Assembly (NCBI GenBank): GCA_964567775.1
Contig: CAZMPB010000001.1
Span: forward strand, 1 to 59,161
DNA length: 59,161 bases
Direction: 5' to 3'
From: an uncultured Bacteroidales bacterium
GTDB taxonomy: Bacteria; Bacteroidota; Bacteroidia; Bacteroidales; CAIWKO01
Shown: positions 56,053 to 59,161 of the stretch, in pieces
How the letters are laid out: each line of letters opens with the position of its first letter
Numbering within the stretch: the stretch's first letter is position 1
Position numbers and translations under genes: made by a program
The notes under the pieces: generated by a model
What the model was told of the DNA's origin: nothing
Databases searched by the model: none
What the model saw: the letters and a program-made list of their open reading frames with translations, nothing else

Positions 56053-56655
56053 ATGTCGCACAGATTTTCTGTTTCAGCCTGGTTAAAAAACTTACCTCCT
56101 GCCGGTAAAGTTGTATTTTTCGTCATAAAATTACTGGCCATATATCTTACATGGTACTATATTGACGAATACATGCGGGCATCAGACGGCGAGCCGCTTA
56201 TTGTCAGGATATGGTGGTTTGGCTACCATATTTTATTAAAAAGCACTATGTTTTTAAGCTATAATTTATCGGTTCTTTTTACTGATGTCAATATAACAAC
56301 GACTTACAGATATTTCCTGATTGAGAACCACGGGTATCTGTATGTCGGCAATCCCTGCCTCTGCGCCGATGTCATGTGCCTGTTTGCCGCTTTTATCATT
56401 GCTTATCCCGGCAGGTGGAAAACAAAATTGTGGTTTATCCCCTTAGGTTTCTTGGCTATACACCTGATAAATGTTTTGAGGATTGCAGCCTTATGCCTCA
56501 CAAAAATCTACCGCCCGGAATGGATGGACATTAATCATAAATTCATTTTCAATATCATCGTCTTTACCTTTGTTTTCATTTTATGGATGATCTGGGTAAA
56601 GCGCTTTTCGGGTGCAGACCTTTTAAAGAAAAACGCAACAAAACAAGGGGATTAA
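56053..56655 (+). CDS. xrtF: Exosortase/archaeosortase-family membrane protein, XrtF-like
   Basis: 200 aa and all-TM. A Cys region VGNPCLCADVMCLF is followed ~47 aa later by AIHLINVLRIAAL, the Arg/His region typical of exosortases. Size fits the Bacteroidota XrtF class. Recalled from memory, not searched. Confidence 0.55.
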   Translation: MSHRFSVSAWLKNLPPAGKVVFFVIKLLAIYLTWYYIDEYMRASDGEPLIVRIWWFGYHILLKSTMFLSYNLSVLFTDVNITTTYRYFLIENHGYLYVGNPCLCADVMCLFAAFIIAYPGRWKTKLWFIPLGFLAIHLINVLRIAALCLTKIYRPEWMDINHKFIFNIIVFTFVFILWMIWVKRFSGADLLKKNATKQGD

Positions 56656-56663
56656 AACCGATT

Positions 56664-56697
56664 TAAAAAAATATCCTCCGCGGAGGATATTTTTTCA
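56664..56697 (+). terminator. Rho-independent, bidirectional-type terminator
   Basis: aaaaaaa-tatcctccg/cggaggata-tttttt. A perfect 9-bp (10 bp with the flanking a-t pair) GC-containing palindrome is flanked by an A-run and a T-run, 9 nt after the xrtF stop. Confidence 0.75.
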
Positions 56698-56742
56698 TCG
56701 GCATAACCCTGTCAGACTGTCGCAGACAGGGCAGGGGCGTTT

Positions 56743-56821
56743 GATTTTCTGCGACTTTCCCTTCGGGATTAAGGGTGAAATGTCGCAGGTTAAGAAGAAC
56801 GAGGCTTTTCGGAGTGGGCTC
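56743..56821. repeat. Partial (right-hand) copy of the 15871-16017 palindromic element
   Basis: By hand alignment, 67 of 79 positions are identical to 15939-16017, including the ctgcgac/gtcgcag and ccctt/aaggg stems and the terminal cttttcggagtgg.ctc. No left TIR is present. Confidence 0.7.
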
Positions 56822-56921
56822 AAATTTTATTCGAAATTTATTCTTTCTTTCTCAATAAAGAAAGCGCCTTTACAACTTTGTATAAAATACGAAAATTATA
56901 CTTCATGCTTTTCCGTTCCCA

Positions 56922-57629
56922 TCATACAGTTTTATCAATAATGGGAAATACTTCATATAGTTTGAGCAAAGAAATAACTTCAGATTTTAATTTTTTCCTG
57001 ACAAATAATTTCATATCCTCATCCATTAGCTCGCCCAGCCCATTTAACAAACTAATTTCTTTTCCACTTTCTATTACACAAATACACTTCCGAAAATAAG
57101 TAATTATATCCGTTTTCATTCTGTCTTCTACTATATTTGCATTAACTGCTGTGCGGCTTTGCATAAAATACCAGCAATCGAATATATCCCTGTTAGCAAG
57201 CATGTTCCTATCCAACAGCGCACACAACTTATGGGCAAACATATCCGATTGTTTCATCACTTTTATCTTAATACCTAAAAAATCTTTTATTTCATATCTG
57301 TCATTAAATTGACGATTGGAAATTTCGATTTTCAAATTTCTTTCATTTTCTCCATAATCAAGCACGATAATAAGGCCAAAGTGTTTTTTTGCTTCGTCTT
57401 TAATACGGCCATAGCGGATTAAAATTTTTCTCAATTTTTCGTAAATCAAATTGGTTTTAGATATATCCAATAAATTAAAATCAATATCAACAGAAAATCT
57501 AGGCAAATCATAGAATAGCATAATTGCTGTCCCCCCCTTAAAACCTAAACTATTAGCTAATTCTATGTCAGCATAAATATCCTTAAGAATTTGTACAATA
57601 AAAAATTTGTGTCTGTTTAAATCAAACAT
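56922..57629 (-). CDS. abiEii: AbiEii/AbiGii-family nucleotidyltransferase toxin (type IV TA)
   Basis: GFKGGTAIMLFYDLPRFSVDIDF matches the KGGTAL...R.S.D.DF signature of DUF1814/AbiEii. Confidence 0.8.
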   Translation of the reverse strand: MFDLNRHKFFIVQILKDIYADIELANSLGFKGGTAIMLFYDLPRFSVDIDFNLLDISKTNLIYEKLRKILIRYGRIKDEAKKHFGLIIVLDYGENERNLKIEISNRQFNDRYEIKDFLGIKIKVMKQSDMFAHKLCALLDRNMLANRDIFDCWYFMQSRTAVNANIVEDRMKTDIITYFRKCICVIESGKEISLLNGLGELMDEDMKLFVRKKLKSEVISLLKLYEVFPIIDKTV

Positions 57630-58194
57630 TTTCCAGTATTTTTTTTACACGAATATCTAATTTTTTGGAATTATATATTGGCAATAATTTTTGAATTATT
57701 TCTTTGTTTAGCATGGGCGAATTGTCAAAATAAAAGTCTTTATCTAAATACAAAGTATCTAAAAAAGCCCTCTCCGGTGTCGCGATATTTATTCCATCTG
57801 CACCACGTAGTATGCCGGTAGTATTCAATAATATTTGGTTTTTAATTTTTCTAAACCCCAGCTTATGATTGTCTACAATAATATTTCTGCTCAAATAACT
57901 AACTACTGTAAGTTGCTCGTTGTATTGAAATATAATTCCGGCTTTATTTAATACGTATTCTAGGGAAATATATGCTGGCACATAAATCTTGCAGGCCAAT
58001 TCCTCCTTGTTATAGCCGGGTTTTGAATATATTCCGCGCCTCAAGCTGTTAATGGCTTTTGTGCGAACATAATGATTTATTTTTTGCTTTAAACGATTAA
58101 AATTCGATTCGTTTAACAACATCGATATGTCTCTCAAACAAAACACTGTTTGATTTGCTTTATATAAGGATAATATAAAGTTGTTTTTCCTCAT
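57622..58194 (-). CDS. abiEi: AbiEi-family antitoxin candidate
   Basis: 190 aa, directly upstream of the AbiEii gene and overlapping it by 8 nt. Blocks such as PERAFLDTLYL are typical of AbiEi C-terminal domains. Confidence 0.6.
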   Translation of the reverse strand: MRKNNFILSLYKANQTVFCLRDISMLLNESNFNRLKQKINHYVRTKAINSLRRGIYSKPGYNKEELACKIYVPAYISLEYVLNKAGIIFQYNEQLTVVSYLSRNIIVDNHKLGFRKIKNQILLNTTGILRGADGINIATPERAFLDTLYLDKDFYFDNSPMLNKEIIQKLLPIYNSKKLDIRVKKILENV

Positions 58195-58264
58195 CTGTGA
58201 ACTATACGTATTATTTATTATTACCTTTAGTTCACAAAGATAAATAAATTAATCGAAACAGAAC

Positions 58265-58693
58265 TTACTCTTCGAAATTAATTCTTTCTTTTTCGATAAC
58301 CAAAGGCCTTTTTCTAACCTGAGTGTGTATCACACCATTACATTCATCAATAATACCGATAAAAAAAAGTTGTACTGATGAAAAGAAAAACAAACCGATA
58401 ACCAGGGGGGCGGTTCCTAAAATAAATTCGTCCCAATAAATCAGTTTGTAAATAAAATAACCTATGGCAACTAAAAACTCATCGCAGCTACAGCAAAACC
58501 AATAAAACTGGCAAGCCGTAGGGGCAGTTTTGAATGATTCACAAATCCCAGCATACCGATATCATAAAGCGTGTAAAAATTATTTTTGCTTTTACCATAC
58601 AATCGTTTAGGTTGTACATATTCTACCGTAGTTATCTGAAAACCTACTTCCGAGATTAATCCCCGGAAATAGGGATACGGATCATCAATTTTA
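58265..58693 (-). pseudogene. Decayed 3' fragment of a GT2 (GtrB-like polyprenyl-phosphate glycosyltransferase) gene
   Basis: The minus strand translates to ...FRGLISEVGFQITTVEYVQPKRLYGKSKNNFYTLYDIGMLGFVNHSKLPLRLASFIGFAVAAMSF*. After a frameshift it continues LVAIGYFIYKLIYWDEFILGTAPLVIGLFFFSSVQLFFIGIIDECNGVIHTQVRKRPLVIEKERINFEE*. The N-terminal catalytic half is missing. Confidence 0.7.
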
Positions 58694-58730
58694 ATTATTT
58701 TTATTTCGATAATTTTCGGAATTATTTATT

Positions 58731-58738
58731 TACTTTTG
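58731..58738 (+). promoter_or_regulatory. Candidate -7 box (TAnnTTTG) for the tRNA gene
   Basis: tacttttg lies 24 nt upstream of the tRNA 5' end. Confidence 0.4.
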
Positions 58739-58762
58739 CCCGATCGTTCTTTATTTTTAATT

Positions 58763-58835
<73 letters not shown>

Positions 58836-58838
58836 CTG

Positions 58839-59105
58839 ATGGAGGGTATACTTTATATTCTTTTTAGCAATAAGCTCAACAAATACTACATCGGTTCAAC
58901 AAACGATATTCAAAGGCGTTTGTATGAACATAATATCGGACATTCTGCTTTTACCAGACTTGGTATTCCATGGTCATTAGTCTTTTCCAGACAGTTTCCT
59001 TCTCTGGAACTTGCCAGAAAGGAAGAGCTTCGGATAAAAAAGTGCAAAAGTAGAAAGTATATTGAAAAATACATGAAATCCGCGGTAGAGCATCCCGACA
59101 CGTAA
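58839..59105 (+). CDS. GIY-YIG nuclease-family protein
   Basis: ILYILFSNKLNKYYIGSTNDIQRRLYEHN carries the GIY...YIG...R..EH motifs. The start is set at the ATG just after the tRNA; the ORF-track start at 58800 lies inside the tRNA. Confidence 0.8.
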   Translation: MEGILYILFSNKLNKYYIGSTNDIQRRLYEHNIGHSAFTRLGIPWSLVFSRQFPSLELARKEELRIKKCKSRKYIEKYMKSAVEHPDT

Positions 59106-59161
59106 GTGTCAGCGATTTTATTGGGGTATTTAATTTAGTTTTAACTTTATTTAAATCTGAA

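Noticed and set aside
56741-57099. ORFs of 66 and 73 aa after xrtF.
   Set aside because: The first is the translation of the partial palindromic element, and the second is antisense to the well-supported AbiEii gene.

Overview
This window reads as a Bacteroidota chromosomal segment. The lineage call rests on family knowledge, not a search: TAnnTTTG -7 boxes lie 5-40 nt upstream of many starts, and there are T9SS type-B CTD, FISUMP, GxxExxY, four-helix-bundle and exosortase-F-like genes. Bases 1-3498 are the 3' end of a very large repeat-built T9SS surface protein. Bases ~3.7-56.7 kb form one large, compositionally mosaic glycan synthesis and decoration locus. It holds five GT2, three GT4-type and one GT61/DUF563 glycosyltransferases, plus one GtrB/ArnC-like polyprenyl-phosphate glycosyltransferase. 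It also holds six polytopic GT-C/Wzy-like membrane proteins, two of which are a recent 1.8-kb tandem duplicate. Tailoring genes include an N-acyl-amino-sugar cassette (DegT aminotransferase, NeuD-like acyltransferase, ACP, KAS III), a PIG-L/GNAT/WbqC triad, two methyltransferases and a FemAB-like gene. Four CE4-type deacetylase genes are interleaved with four paralogous ~315-358 aa GNAT-like genes. Two modules look most novel: a tightly packed 7-gene minus-strand operon (ACP, SDR, split transketolase, adenylating enzyme, LuxE, LuxC) and a KamA-like radical-SAM aminomutase / GNAT / PaaK-like ligase trio. I recognised no Wzx flippase, Wza/Wzc exporter, initiating phosphoglycosyltransferase or UpxY/Z regulator. 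The right end holds an XrtF-like exosortase gene, an AbiEi/AbiEii toxin-antitoxin pair, a decayed GT2 fragment, tRNA-Thr(CGU) and a GIY-YIG nuclease gene. Several non-coding features stand out. A 147-bp TIR-flanked palindromic element is read through in frame inside a GT-C gene, and a partial second copy lies after xrtF. A two-copy ~380-410 bp structured repeat sits in two divergent intergenic regions, and one copy carries a perfect 18-bp inverted repeat around 226 bp. Hairpin repeats flank the small GxxExxY and four-helix-bundle genes, which sit inside the acyl cassette. No rRNA, CRISPR array, transposase or integrase ORF was recognised.
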